Positions 1 through 14,443 of a stretch of DNA of 64,000 nt are shown here, in pieces. Positions within the stretch are counted from its first letter, which is position 1. The number at the start of each line of letters is the position of its first letter. Position numbers and translations under genes: made by a program. The stretch comes from Vermamoeba vermiformis (lineage: Eukaryota). The stretch is taken from the NCBI GenBank assembly GCA_045837725.1, contig JBEWZL010000238.1, positions 310,001 through 374,000 on the forward strand, in the 5' to 3' direction. Below the pieces are notes generated by a model. The model ran no database searches. It was not told the origin of the DNA and saw only the letters and a program-made list of their open reading frames with translations.

Positions 1-1052
1 GTGAAGTTCCTTACAAACCTACGAGGTTCTTTAACTTTATTTTTGGGTTTGGTGAACAATCCATAAGAACCCTTTGGCATGGCAATCTGCATGAAAAGAA
101 TAGTTAGCAAATTATTTTTTCTTTTTATTTAATAATGGGCATCCATCTGTCGTGAATTTACACATGATGCTACTCAGTAACACATTATTAATATTTTCTG
201 GAATATTATTATGCGCACAAGATTCCTCTCAGCGTACCTTCAGGATCGAAGAGCGCATCGCGCTCTTTGCCAAAGTAGCAAGTGCCTTCCTCGTTGACAT
301 TCACGTGCTGTTAAATAAACTAATCTCATGATGTTCAAACTCGGAATTTATTTACTGAATATTGTGGGGTGAGTTCAATCTTAGCTGAAATAAACAAACT
401 AATGCGCAAAGTCACAAAACCATCCCTGAGTCGCAAGAAGTGACGAATAATACGATATTCAAATAGTAGCTTCGTTCTATCGTTTTATTATCATCATCAC
501 TTAATTCTACAGAGAAAAACCGATCGTGATCCTTCCAGCAAGTTACGACCTTTAAATTATACCAAGAAAAAGCGAGCAAATGAACCCAAAATAGGAAATG
601 CCAAGGCACTTGACTAGCGTTGAGAAGGCCTTCGTCTAGATTAGGAAACAAATAAGTAAGACAAACTTAATTAATAACGCCGGGTAACGAAAAAGAGGAA
701 AAGACAATTTTGTTTTTCGGTTAATTATTAGTTTTGTCATGAAACGAAGTATAATATTGACCAATGTTCGATTTTGACTCGATGCGCATTCAGGCACGTG
801 GTACCACGTGGAAAAGATTAAAAAGCATGTGCGATCCAAATTTCGAAACAAGACTACGAGAGCACCATTAGAAAAGTTGTTGTCAGTTCTATATAGAATG
901 GATAAATGATTAGCTATACTAGACGAAAGCCAACCGGAAGATGCGCTGCTAACCGAAAACGAGGGAAATTTCGGATAAAATCCAATCTTCTCCATCAATC
1001 TCGGAATGGAGGCGTCTCCTGGTTGCCGCTTCACCGGATTCGGTATTGCCAC
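1..1052 (-). CDS. Partial multi-exon gene of unknown function, runs off the window start
   Basis: Exon-like blocks with splice signals: HVNVNEEGTCYFGKERDALFDPEG (~238-308) and IAMPKGSYGLFTKPKNKVKEPRRFVRNF (1-87). The 5' end is uncertain. Confidence 0.35.
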
Positions 1053-1256
1053 AATATTTCACATCTTTTGAGCAAAAAAAATTTAAATTATCTTTTTCCT
1101 CTTTTTCGTTATCTTTCGTTTTATGTTGCGCAACGGTGCCTACCTTAACGAGGAATAGATTTACTATCGCGCTACTTAATAGCCACATTATATCAATGAA
1201 TCGAATGTAGGAGTTCATTACGATGAAGAACTGCATCCAATGGACAAAAGAAATCG

Positions 1257-1867
1257 TCAGACACAAATAGAACGCATCTGAACCTGCAGGCAGTCGATAC
1301 TGTTGACATCTCTCGAACACTTGCTCAAATCTCTTAATAGGATTGAATTCTCTTCTCGAAGTCGTTCCCTATCAGAGCAACGGTGAGCAACAGATCCAGA
1401 AATTTAGGACTGTACTATAAGAAATCGCTTCAATTCAATTATCTAAAGCGATGGTAGCTATAATATGCTATCGCATGCAATTATATGTGGATTTAAGAAG
1501 TAAAATAGCAATTGTAAAGCATTCAAATCTAAATTGAACGGATGACGTAGTCAGTTTGAAACAAAAAAGCATTGGCCTACGTGATTTATCTCTTGGCGCA
1601 ATCGATTTATCTCCTCTTTTAGTTCCATAATCTCTTTTTCGTGTTGATCAACTCGCATATTGACCAGTTCAATTTCGTCGGGATCTGCTTGGCTTGGATT
1701 TGTCGAGATATCAATAAAGTCATCCCAAGGGTCTAATAATTATGGTAAGCCATAAAATATAGCATGTTTTATTATTGTACGTGATATTTAAGGATATAGT
1801 CCGTATCTTAAGAGCGTTACATACCACGGATGTACTCGGTGTTTGAAGTGCCATTGTCACCACCCAT
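1257..1867 (-). CDS. Small coiled-coil protein (about 3 exons)
   Basis: MGGDNGTSNTEYIR | DPWDDFIDIS...HEKEIMELKEEINRLRQEIN | RERLREENSILLRDL...MRSICV*, joined at GT-AG sites; heptad pattern. Confidence 0.5.
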
Positions 1868-2601
1868 GATTATTCTCTAGCTATAAATATGATATATAAA
1901 TACCTCCTGTGGCTTACTACGCGTGCCAAGATGAAAACACGAGACCAACAAACAAACAAGAAAAAACTACGCCGCGTGACACGTAAACTTCACTTGTTTT
2001 CCTTGCAAAATCTTGTGACGAGGCAACAATTTGCGCAACAGAAGTAATAAATCTATTTCTATGCATAGAAAGGATCTAGCATTTGATTTTCAGTAGGGCA
2101 AGATCAGATGCGAAAATAATTATTTTAAAAATCATTCAAAATTCAAACGAATTACTGGCTATCATAACTAAAATATTTACCTCGTACGCATGTTACTCTA
2201 TCAATTTGGCTCTAGGATTCTTGAAAATATTGGTATCCGATCGCAGGCTGTGAAGTTTGGCCTTCTAGGGCGGTGTCTAATTCATATATAACCGAATTAC
2301 TATTTTGAAGGGTAACCAACTGCGTTATAAACATATACATTAGCCCAGTAAATATTACAGTTGTGGTAGTACGTATAGAAAGTTGGGTAAAGTGGCTCGT
2401 GCGCGCCGATCCAAGCACCGCACGCCGTGAACTGAAAAGATTGCTCGTTCATTTAAATATTGGGAGACAATTAACTATCATGCGGTCAGCAATTTTTAAC
2501 GTTTTTTTATTTATTATTGCACAACAAGGCACCCGAATCTCCTCTGAACCATTTTTAGTTTTTAATAAGATCGGTTTTATTTGTTAGAAATGCAAGAGAT
2601 T

Positions 2602-3448
2602 TTATTTCTTAGCAGCACCACCCTTCATGATTTCCTTCTTTTTCTTGCCACGAGCGTACTTGGCCTTGTTCTTACGCTCCTTGCGTTGTTTGCGCGAAGA
2701 GGCAACCTTGGTACCAATACCGTTCTATTGATTAAATATAGTCAGTACTGTGCTCTACCAGTAATTTCTATAGTAAAGAGGCTTAGGTCGTTAATTTGAT
2801 TGCGCATAATGAAGATCTTGATCGTTAGAAAAATTATCATCAAAATTAATTCCAGTGGTACTATAATGTCTCTTATATCCGCGTTAATATTATTAAGTGT
2901 GCAATCCTCTCGATAAAATTATCCTAAGCCTGAATCTGATCGTGTTAGATTGAAAACATACTCTGAGCAAACGGAATTTAGGTTCGAAGGCCTTCAAAGC
3001 CTCCATGCTGTCGTAGACCAAGGCAAAGCCAGTAGATCTACCACCACCAAAAGCAGTCTTGAGACCGAAAACAACAACTTGCTTCTCGTCCTTGGCTTTG
3101 TACATCTTGGAGAGCTTCTCTTGCAAAACCTTCTTGGAAACGTTGGCTTGTCCTTGGTGGATGACTTCAACGATCTTTTAATGGTAGACTTGATTAATAA
3201 TCGGCCGACGAATATAATCCGTTTAAACAATAATTATTACAAAAATCAGTTCGTATGATTTTTAAACGCGCATTAAATCCACGCACAAGCGGTAAATAAT
3301 ACGTGTAATGTAATAATTATAATAATATAAATCGAATAATACAAATAATTGTTAATCCGAATCTTACCATTTGCTTTCGTTGCAAAAGTCTGTTGGACAT
3401 AAATTTACGAGTGCGAATGGTGCACTCCTTGGTAGTATTGTCACTCAT
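2602..3448 (-). CDS. rps24: 40S ribosomal protein S24 (eS24)
   Basis: [63 protein letters not shown]. Confidence 0.96.
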
Positions 3449-3810
3449 GGCTGGTGTTGCTGTGGCGTGGAACAGGAGAGGAAAATAGCGACGAGCTCGA
3501 ATAATGGAAGAGGGAGCAAAATCAGGGTCCGAAAAATTCAGGCCAAAAAATCTTGGCTGAAAATCTTTCGCAAAATAATGTTACCGTTTCCCGAACCCAC
3601 GGTCGTTCTATTGTTATTATTCCACTACTACTGTTGACTGTCATACGAGTTCATTATGGAGGGTGAGAAAGAAGTCATATGACTTGGGTGGTTGCCCGAT
3701 CAGCGCGATCGGTTTGTTTACCCTCCTCAAGGGGCAGTAATTCTGAAGTACAGTGATAAGGCTTTTTTGTATTAAATATTTCGCACTATTTACATTTATT
3801 CGACAAAATT

Positions 3811-5121
<1,311 letters not shown>

Positions 5122-5408
5122 GTTCGGAAAAGCTATTGGGCCAGCGCAAGCAAACATCCAACAAATTACTGAAGTGTGGTGTATTGGTTGGTTCACTAAT
5201 GATGATAATGCGAAAAATAAATCGAATTTTTAATAACTCAGAAAATTACCAAATAAGGTCAAACTTACAAATAAGGTTAACGATAAAAAAGTAAATTTGG
5301 ATTGCAACACCGCTGTTTCAAGCGACTTTTATTTACAAAGGAGCGTCCCTGGCGTTCGTACGTGCCAAGTTTTCTCCGCGGATCGCAAACCGCTAGATAA
5401 ATTTTATA

Positions 5409-7977
5409 TCAGACATTATCATCAGAATTTCCGTTATTAGGGCTATTTTCCACGTTATTGTTATTGGCCTTATCCTTCTTGTCTTCAATACCGTGCTTAC
5501 AATAAGGACAACTACCGCTGATCCTTAACCACTCATCAATACCTGTCAGAAAACTCGGTTAGAAACTCGCTTGAAAACACGGTGCAGTTTCATATATTTC
5601 ATGAAATATGAACCTCTTATGTAACGCGAATGATCTACTTACATTGATTATGGAAATGATGCTTCTTAGAATCGCAGGGCAAAAACCGGATGTCCTCGCC
5701 AGGTTCGTAAGCCGCCAGGCAAATGGCGCATCTATAATAATATGCGGTTAGTACTATTTTCACAGTACAACGCAGTGCTAAACAATCCGCGATTGTACTA
5801 GATCGAATAAATTATTGCAATGGAAGATCTGTCTTTTTTAGTAATTTTGTCGAGATCTCCGGGCTTGGTGGAGCCATTCCCGAGTTTTTATAAATAAAAA
5901 AAAAATCCGCTTTCAGTAACTACAAGCGAGGATTAGCTGGTTGGAGGACGCGACCAATCAGGTGTAGTTGCTTTCAGCTCTCCATACGATCGCGGTACAA
6001 CTCCGACAACTAAACAATCCTCGCTGGTCTCGATCTTACTTAAATAGAAAACATTCATATTTAAGTCATCTTGAGCGAGTAGCTGTGCGTAAGCTTAAAG
6101 GTAAATGTTTGAACATGAATCAGCTCATGCAGGCAGCTCACCGCACTACGGCAAAAGCTAGTTGCCTTATTTGTACCATTTTCAACTAGCGGACGTGGAT
6201 AACGAAATCTTTTTGATATAATTTATCTATGGAGTAACGCAATGAACCAGTTCGAAGAGATTAGTAGAAAGAAGAAAAACGATTCAAAGGCGGAAAAATG
6301 AAGGATCCTTTGTGACTTTGGGTCACAGAATTCGATTTCGCGCATAAAGAAGTAAACTCTCTAATGTTTAGGCAAAAAATTACTTACTTTGCGTCCTCCG
6401 CATCCATCATGCCAACAACGTACTTCTTGGTTTCGAGTGCGTTGATGGCTTTGTCGCTTGCACCTGCCACTGAGCTGCGTAAGAGTGATTAGTACGAATT
6501 GACCGATTTATGTAGTTGACGGTATTTAGGTAATGGAGAACCAATTTGTTAAAGTGATTCGATTTCGAAAGCAATTTTAGATCGGGCGTCGTTCACGAAA
6601 ATAAATTATTAACAAAGATGCACGTGGCAGATCGATTTAACTTTCGAAAATAGTGTCGGCCAAAGAAAGAAACCGATGCTATTGGCTAATCGGATGAATA
6701 ACCCAACGAAGATCCTAAGACTTACTTTTGCTGCGTAAATATTTCGGGATGCAACCGATAGATAACGGCGATGACAAGTAAGGCGCACCAACAGCACACA
6801 AGTACCAACCCTATAGAATAGATAATTAATACAGTGCTATTAAGTCCATAATTGACTTGCGACAGCCAAGTGTCGAGCAAGATCTTCACGCGCCATACCA
6901 AAGAATACTAAATGAATCAGCACAATAACTAACGAAAATGTGTATATTAGAGGTGAAGTAGCATCACATGTATCGGCGCTGAATGTCCAGAACGAAGCCA
7001 TGACAAGCCAGAACATCCAAAACATGTTCAGAACGCGTCTCATAAACTGGATCCAGCGACTGCATGAGAACCTAAAAATTGTTAATTATTGACCTATACA
7101 ACGATATAGAGCATCGGCTGAGCATACCTTACGGCAATCACGTCTTGGTTCGCTTGCACAGGATCGCATCCGTTATAATGATGAACGCAGATATATAGTA
7201 CAAATGCGACGGCTTGTGTTATAATCTCGACAGCAGCGTAGGTATGAAGAGGTTTGTCACATTGTTTGCCGCTGTCTTTGATGAGCGCTGCTGTAAAGAA
7301 ACTGATCACGAATAGCGTGTAGGCTGCATAAGCAACTGTTGCTCCTCTGTAAGCAAAAGTGTTAACAAATACTAATATCAATACTTATGGCGGTAAAGGA
7401 TGAATTAGGTGCACATAGGTAAAGGAGACGAGATGTGGACAAAGCAAATTGGAAATAAAATTAATTTGTATTATCTCATAATAGAGGACATTACTGCCAT
7501 AGTAAATAAAATAATTCGATAGGAATGAAAGTAATTTGCAATTCCTGCTAAGCGAATTTTTCAGATCCAACAGAAAAATAAAATTTGCACACGTATTATG
7601 ATTATTAATAATTATATACGATAATATAGAGTAATTCATAATAATTAAATTGTTACTGAAATATTCCAATTAGGACCTTGCCCGAAAAATTAATTTCTTG
7701 TTCATTTAGAATTAGAATTATAACTATACCTTTTAACCCTTCCACTTGTGGAGGTATCTGGCACTTCGCCATCATTATTGAACGCATTGCCAAGCAAACT
7801 TTGCTCAGGTTGAAAATCTGAGTCGGACTCTCCATCCAAATTTATGCTGAAGTTATCGTCTGATAAATCTTCCTCGTTTAAATATATTACATTCATGGTG
7901 TTATTGTTATTATTAACATTGTTGCTTGGCTGGATTGCTTGGGTTGGACCCTGTGAAGAGTCTGGGTCCGGTTGCAT
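5409..7977 (-). CDS. Multi-TM RING-H2 E3 ubiquitin ligase
   Basis: TM segments with CDKPLH and WTFSADTCDATSPLIY; C-terminal CAICLAAYEPGEDIRFLPC..HHFH..CIDEWL..SGSCPYCK. Confidence 0.88.
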
Positions 7978-8693
7978 TGTTACCAACTTGTCTATTTACA
8001 AATTTACAATACTATTTAAATACAAGGGTAATGGAGCATGAGATGTGTTCTTTGGGTCAGAGATGAGGCTTAAAAAAGACAAACCAACCAAAACGCGGAA
8101 ATTTGGTCAAGATTGCAACAAATACGGTCTCGGCGCACAACGGGGGTACATAACTACCCGTTAAAGATCGAAACTTCTGTATGATCGCAGCCAAATTCCC
8201 TGCAGGTCATACAAACTTTGGAGGCGCATCCGATCGAGGTCCGACTTTTCTACACCGTGCGAACGAGGTTTTTCGTACATTAATAGTTTGCCATGAATAT
8301 ATACCGCCTATGATGTCGGTTACAACCCTTTTCGTGCATGAAAAAACGTCTTCGTGTGCTTTTGCGAACAATAAACGCGTATTGCATTTTTTTCAGTTCA
8401 GCGCTTTGATATACTACAAAACAACTGTTTAATATTATTTTTGAATGTTATTGTAACAATAGATATATTTATTTCATTGTAAATACTACGATCAGGTAAG
8501 CTAGACAATTCTAATTTTTATTATTTCCGTAAATTCAACCTCTGCACAAAATATCTTATATAATAATTATTTCGTTCACGAACTAATAATATGAGCGCTT
8601 TTCAATGGAAGATTGTGGAGTAGATCGCCAATCTAAATTTTTAAATTCAATTACAACGTAATCAAATCACTAAACAGCATAATTCAGGGACAG

Positions 8694-11600
8694 ATGGGCA
8701 AATTGCAAGTAAAATTAATATCAGCTCGTAATTTGGTCCCCTATGCTTCGATGGGTAAGTGTACAATTGCTAGTTAATCTTTTTCAATCAAATTTAACCT
8801 GTATTTCCGGATGTTGCTCTATTCGCCGTTAATACAAAAAAATCAATATTAATCATAGCAATAGCATTATAATTATTCATAAATACGAGATATTTAAACC
8901 TTGAAGACTTTGTTTTCGAATTTTCTTTATTTTTCGTTCTCGTCATTGAAATTCTTTGTTATTGAATAAGCTATTTAGCGTTAAAAATGTGCTGCAACCG
9001 ATTTTATTATCATTGTTTATTAAATAATACAATTTTTGGGCTGCAAAATGGTCCTGGAGAACGGATCGTTGCCAAATCCAATTCTTTTTTCAGTATCCTT
9101 CTTTATAATCATTAAATAGTCGTATTTGCATACCACAACAATATTAATATGTTATTTCATTATTCAGGTCTCTATGAGTTATGCTGCAATGTCAGAGTTG
9201 GAACCACGACGAGCAGCGTGATCTCGACCCCAAATTCAGCACCACGTGCAAAGAACGTGCACCCGATCTTCAACCAAACACTCAACTTTGAGGTCCACGA
9301 TCCATATACAGAACAACTCTACGTACAATTTTTTGACAAGGAAGATTACTCGAGCAAAGAGCACACCATTGGCGATGTTCATATTCCACTCAATCACTTA
9401 AAGAAAGGCATAGAAGTCGTAAGTATTGCATGTTTAGCATTATATGCCACAGGGAGACTATTGCAAATGCAATTTAAGATATTTTAAAGCCGTTGAATGG
9501 AGATCTAGATCCGTTTGCAAACTCTCGCACATTTTAACAGTGTTTTTGGCGTTTACGCATCAAGGCGGCGCCGAAGTAATATAATTACAAAAATAATATG
9601 TCTATTTTTGGCGTTCCCATCAACTTGCGATATTGGGACCCGAGAAGGATTTGACACTGTTCTAGAGCCACGCAACCACTAACTTGCTTTCTATTGCAGA
9701 CTAAATGGTACAAATTGAGCAACGCCGTCTCAGAGGTTAATGTTGGCATTACTGCACTTGATTTTGAAACAGCTAAGGATTGTAAGTCCAATCAAAATAG
9801 CGAGTCGGATCTGCCTTGTCCGTGCATTGCTCAGGGCTACAAATGAGTGGTTCATATGAACGGTTGTTAACATGATCTTTTTTTTTCAGATTCATACCCA
9901 CAAGCCCCGATAGCCAATCAATTACCGTTATCACCACAATTGCCTTACGGCCCACCAATGCCGGCACCAATTGTTCCGCCCATGGCACCGCTAGGCATGC
10001 CGCACATGCCGCACTACGCAGCACCTCCACGCATGGCCCCGCCACCAATGCCCTACGGCAACAACTACAATTACTTCGGCATGCAGCCTCCAATGCCACA
10101 GCCAATGTCTAAACCAAAAGAGAAAGTTGACGAGTCAAAGTTATTGCGCACAGTGGCCGACAATAGCTCGTTGATTAATAGCACTGTTGAACGGTTCGTT
10201 GACAAGGAGACTGGCCAATCGAGAATGTTTATGCCCGACGAGCTCATGCGAGAGTTCCCTCACATTGCGAAGGTACGTAAAATCAACACGAGTAGCTGCA
10301 AACGAACGACCTTCTTAATTTAAATTCATGAATGAAAAAACTGAATTTTAAGTGGTGATTTTATAGGGAACGTTTGGTGTCGTGTTTAAAGGCAAAATCA
10401 AAGGTTACGATAAGACCGTTGTTATCAAGGACATGGAGGTTCACAACAGCAGAAACGTTGAAGATTGGAAACGCGAAATTCAGATCATGAGGTACGTGTC
10501 ATTCGCAATAACTAAGTCGCGAGAATTTGATCGAAAATTGACACGGCATTTTTTTCTGGCAGTCAAAATCGATGCCCGTACGTGGTTGATGTGCTCGGCT
10601 ATTGCGCGTCAGGAAAGATTTTGACGATTGTAATGGAGTTCATGGAGAACGGCAGTCTCTACAACGTACTGCACGTCAAACACGAGCCATTGTCGTTGTT
10701 ACAACGCATGAGAATGGCGCGACATTGCGCATTGGGCCTCGCTCACTTGCACAGCAAAGGCGTGTTGCATCGTGACGTCAAGTCCATGAACATCTTGGTG
10801 CGTTGCTATAACAATGTTTTTACTATTGTCGTGGCTGGTTGTTGTAGGACTCGGGCTGACTTTCCTTTTTAGGTATCAAGCGATTTCTCGTGCAAACTTA
10901 CTGATTTTGGATGCGCGAAATTGATCAACTCAGACCACCAAATTTTCAACACGGCGAACAGTGGCACACCGTTGTGGATGGCGCCAGAAGTCAAGCGCGG
11001 CATTTACAACTTCTCTGCGGACATTTACAGTCTTGGTTTGGTACTGTATGAGCTATTCGAGAACAAGTTGCCCTACTTTGATCAAGTCACGCAAAGTGTT
11101 GTGTTGCCACCGCGATTCCAGTCCGCATCCGTCGTGTTTCCGTGCTTGAATACGATGCGACCTGAAGCTAGACCTTCTGCGGCCCAATTAGTCAAGGTAT
11201 GTCCCAGTATTACCATATTAGTGCCAATTCCATAATCGCGTAATAATTGAAAGCTATTTTAATTATTGATCCAGCGCGAGATTGAAATTTTCCGCGTCCG
11301 ATTTTAGCGATGACGTTTCAACAACGGATTATGATCCTCGTAATAACTGTTAATAGGATTATACATATTAGTATTATTAGAATAACCATATTAATGAATT
11401 ATTACGTGACTGGCGATTGAAATTTAGCGCCGAAGATTCCTGAAAGATTTTAAGATCTGACGTTTTCGTTCATGAAAAGTTACTAATTACTGCGGTTTTT
11501 AATAGGTTTTGGATCAAATGATAAGAAACTCTGTCACTAAAGTCAAGAATTTACTGCCAGCGGACGAGCAGTTGTTCCTCAAGTCTAAAAAGGAAAGTCA

Positions 11601-13807
11601 TTTAGCAGGTCACGATCACGAGCTATTCGACGTAAGTATTATAATAGGGACTCGTATTATAGTTGTTTTCTTGAAATATACTTAACGTCATTGAGCAATT
11701 GCAAGAATTTAATCCGTCGGAAAAATTATCTTCAAATAATTCCTTGGATGGAATTGCAACAATTCGCGACAATTGACACTCTTCCACCAAAAAGATTGAC
11801 TATATCTATAAGATTCTCGTTTAATCATTAAATTTAAATTTGAATTATTGAACGGAGGATCTGGCGGTGAATCATAACTTTAATGTCGAGGATTGAATTT
11901 ATAATCCTCCATAAATCTCCGCGGCGCTTAGAATTCCGTTAGAATTCCTTTAAGGACGTGAATTCGTTTATTTTGGACTGATTCTAATTTATCCTTTTTA
12001 CAGGACGATATTGAAACGGAGTTGGTGGATCTGTATAACCACCTCTTGACTAAGGACCCGAAATACGTCGACGAGCTTATTGCCAAGGCATATGATACTA
12101 GCACCCAACTAGCGCCTACGAGCTCGACATTGGCCGGATCTACTTCCGTGTCACGACCGCCATTGTCGTCCTCTGCACCTATTGCACAGCCACCATTGAC
12201 TCCTTCGAGCTCGTACTTGGCTCCTCAACAGGTGAACAACTTGCCTAGTCACCATAGAGCTGCCTCACAGCCCGTCATTCCTGTAAGTTAAAATCTCATT
12301 GGTAATGCTAGTCGACCTTTTGTTAATCAAAATTTGTATAGACCGTGCCAATGGCGTCATCACCAACTACGCCCAATTTCATTTTGCCTCCACCGTACGG
12401 TCAACCAGCGAGCAATAACATGCCGTTGATCAACAACCCACCGCCGTACAGTGGCAACGCTCAAGTCGGCGTAAGAGTTTTTTTTATAGTTGTTACGAAC
12501 GAGTCATTCTAATCTCATTTTAGCCCCCGCCGTACAAGCCATCAAAAACAGTGAATCTTGAAGACACCATTGATTTGCTCGATGAAATCAAAGCGAGTCC
12601 ACAGGGCAATGGCAGTCCTGCTAGCAGCATCACGCACTCGGTGAACAGTAATCCTGAGCCGTTGATTGTGCTCGATGAAAGCATTGTTGGCAGTGACTTT
12701 AGTGCTCCTCGTGGCCAACAGGTAATTGTCCCTATGAATTACATTGTTACGATACAATCTTACCTTGATCCGTGCTTATATAATTTTTACATAGCTCCCT
12801 CAAGTGAAGCTTGCAAATCCGCTTATTGACGATGGAAAGGCTGGATCCAATTCATCGACGCATAGTTGGCCCGATACTGCCACTCAAAATCAGTTAATTG
12901 ATTTTGCTGGATTTACTCCACCAGCTCAAAGGCGCAACCCGAGCGTGCCAATGGATATTTCGCCAATCAAACCACGTGCGCCACAACAACCGTTCATGAA
13001 CCAAGGCTCAAATAGTGCACCGCAAAGCCTTTATCCGCAACAATTCTCGCAGAATGTTTATGCGGATAGTTTGGATAAGTCGAAGGATTTCTACGTGCCA
13101 CTTGGCCAGAACTCCAATGGTCCTGTGTCACGTGTTAGTATTTCGAGCAGTAATCCATTTTTAGATGATCACGTGAGTCAGATTATCTCAATTCTTTTTA
13201 TATTCGAAAATAAGATGAGGCACTAACGTTATTTATTCTTCAGCCTTCGAGTGACTTGACAACGGTGTTCTCACGTGATGATTTAAACAAATTGAACGAC
13301 ACGCTGAACAAAATGTCAGTTGATACCTTGAAGGGCTTGTTGGACAAGAGCCAAATTGATTACCGCAAATGTATACATAAGGATGGTACGTGGATGTGGT
13401 GGCTAAAAGTCAACGGATCACTAACTTTGTTTTAGACTTTATTGGTTACGTCAAACGCTACTGCTCGACAAAAGTGCTAGCAGATATTATTAATAACAAT
13501 CCTGAAGTAAGTTTTTAAAGTCTGAGAATTTTTGCGGTTGCTGACCACGCCTGTTTAGATGGGCAGTCTGAACGTGGAGGGAGCGAAGCAAATGTATTAT
13601 TTATATGCAGACGATGTGCAAAGAGGAATCAATCGCGAGGCAGTTGTTCTGATCTTAAGCGAGCTATTGAAGGGTCGAATGCAAGAAGTGAAGATCCGAA
13701 CGCAAGTCAACGCGTACTTCAATGAACTAGATGCGTCCCGCAGTGGTTTGTTAACCTTGGAGCCCTTTTTGAACATCTACTCAAACTTGTGGTGTGAATG
13801 TAACTAA
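8694..13807 (+). CDS. C2 domain + Pro-rich + TKL kinase + SAP-like + EF-hand protein
   Basis: MGKLQVKLISARNL and HPIFNQTLNFEV (C2); HRDVKSMN, DFG, GTPLWMAPE (kinase); MSVDTLKGLLDKSQIDYRKC; LDASRSGLLTLEPF. Confidence 0.85.
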
Positions 13808-13922
13808 CCAAAACTTGTTTTCATAACATAAAAGCTGTTTGTACATACACCGTATCGAACACAGGACAGGTACGTCTTGTTTACGAACGACATCGAAAAA
13901 AGGCCAAGACGGCGTTCAACAA

Positions 13923-13995
13923 TCCGACATGGTGTAGGGGTTCAGCATATCCGCCTGTCACGCGGGTGACCCGGGTTCGATTCCCGGTGTTGGAG
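13923..13995 (+). tRNA. tRNA-Asp (GTC)
   Basis: Acceptor stem TCCGACA/TGTTGGA, anticodon arm TCCGC-CTGTCAC-GCGGG, T arm CCGGG-TTCGATT-CCCGG; followed by an oligo-T Pol III terminator. Confidence 0.96.
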
Positions 13996-14443
13996 ATTTC
14001 TTTTTTACTTTTGGCCTTTCCTGGCTTTTACTCGTCTGAAAGCTGGCTGAGTCCAGTGTTTTTGTTAGGGAGCTCTGGTTGTTATTCTTTTTCGTTTTTC
14101 AACAGTTCAAGCTTTTGCTAAGTTACTTTAGTAAGACACGGACAACGCGAATTGATCTGTTTGGCTAGTACATCTTGTTAGCAACTAGAGCAGACTAACA
14201 AGAGCCAAACATATATGTTTGAACGTCTATTTATTTAATTTTCAAGTCGTTAATTTAAGCTTAAACTGCCGAGCGCCCTTCTTGTCAACATTATGTTGTG
14301 CCCTTAGTTTTTCATTAAGTACGATTAAACTTGTGTTCATGTTTTTATTAACTTTTTGTAGGTAAATTCGAAGTTGGAGTCAATTGCTAAATTCACAGCA
14401 CGTACGTTAAATCACATTTGTAGGTCAGAATCGTGATCTGGCG

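Noticed and set aside
1931-2587. Possible small plus-strand gene
   Set aside because: Could not join the candidate exons into a stop-free, convincing frame.
5926-6024. TPP riboswitch or hammerhead in the RING intron
   Set aside because: CCTGAT is present but CTGAGA/AGGGA and CTGANGA core motifs are missing.
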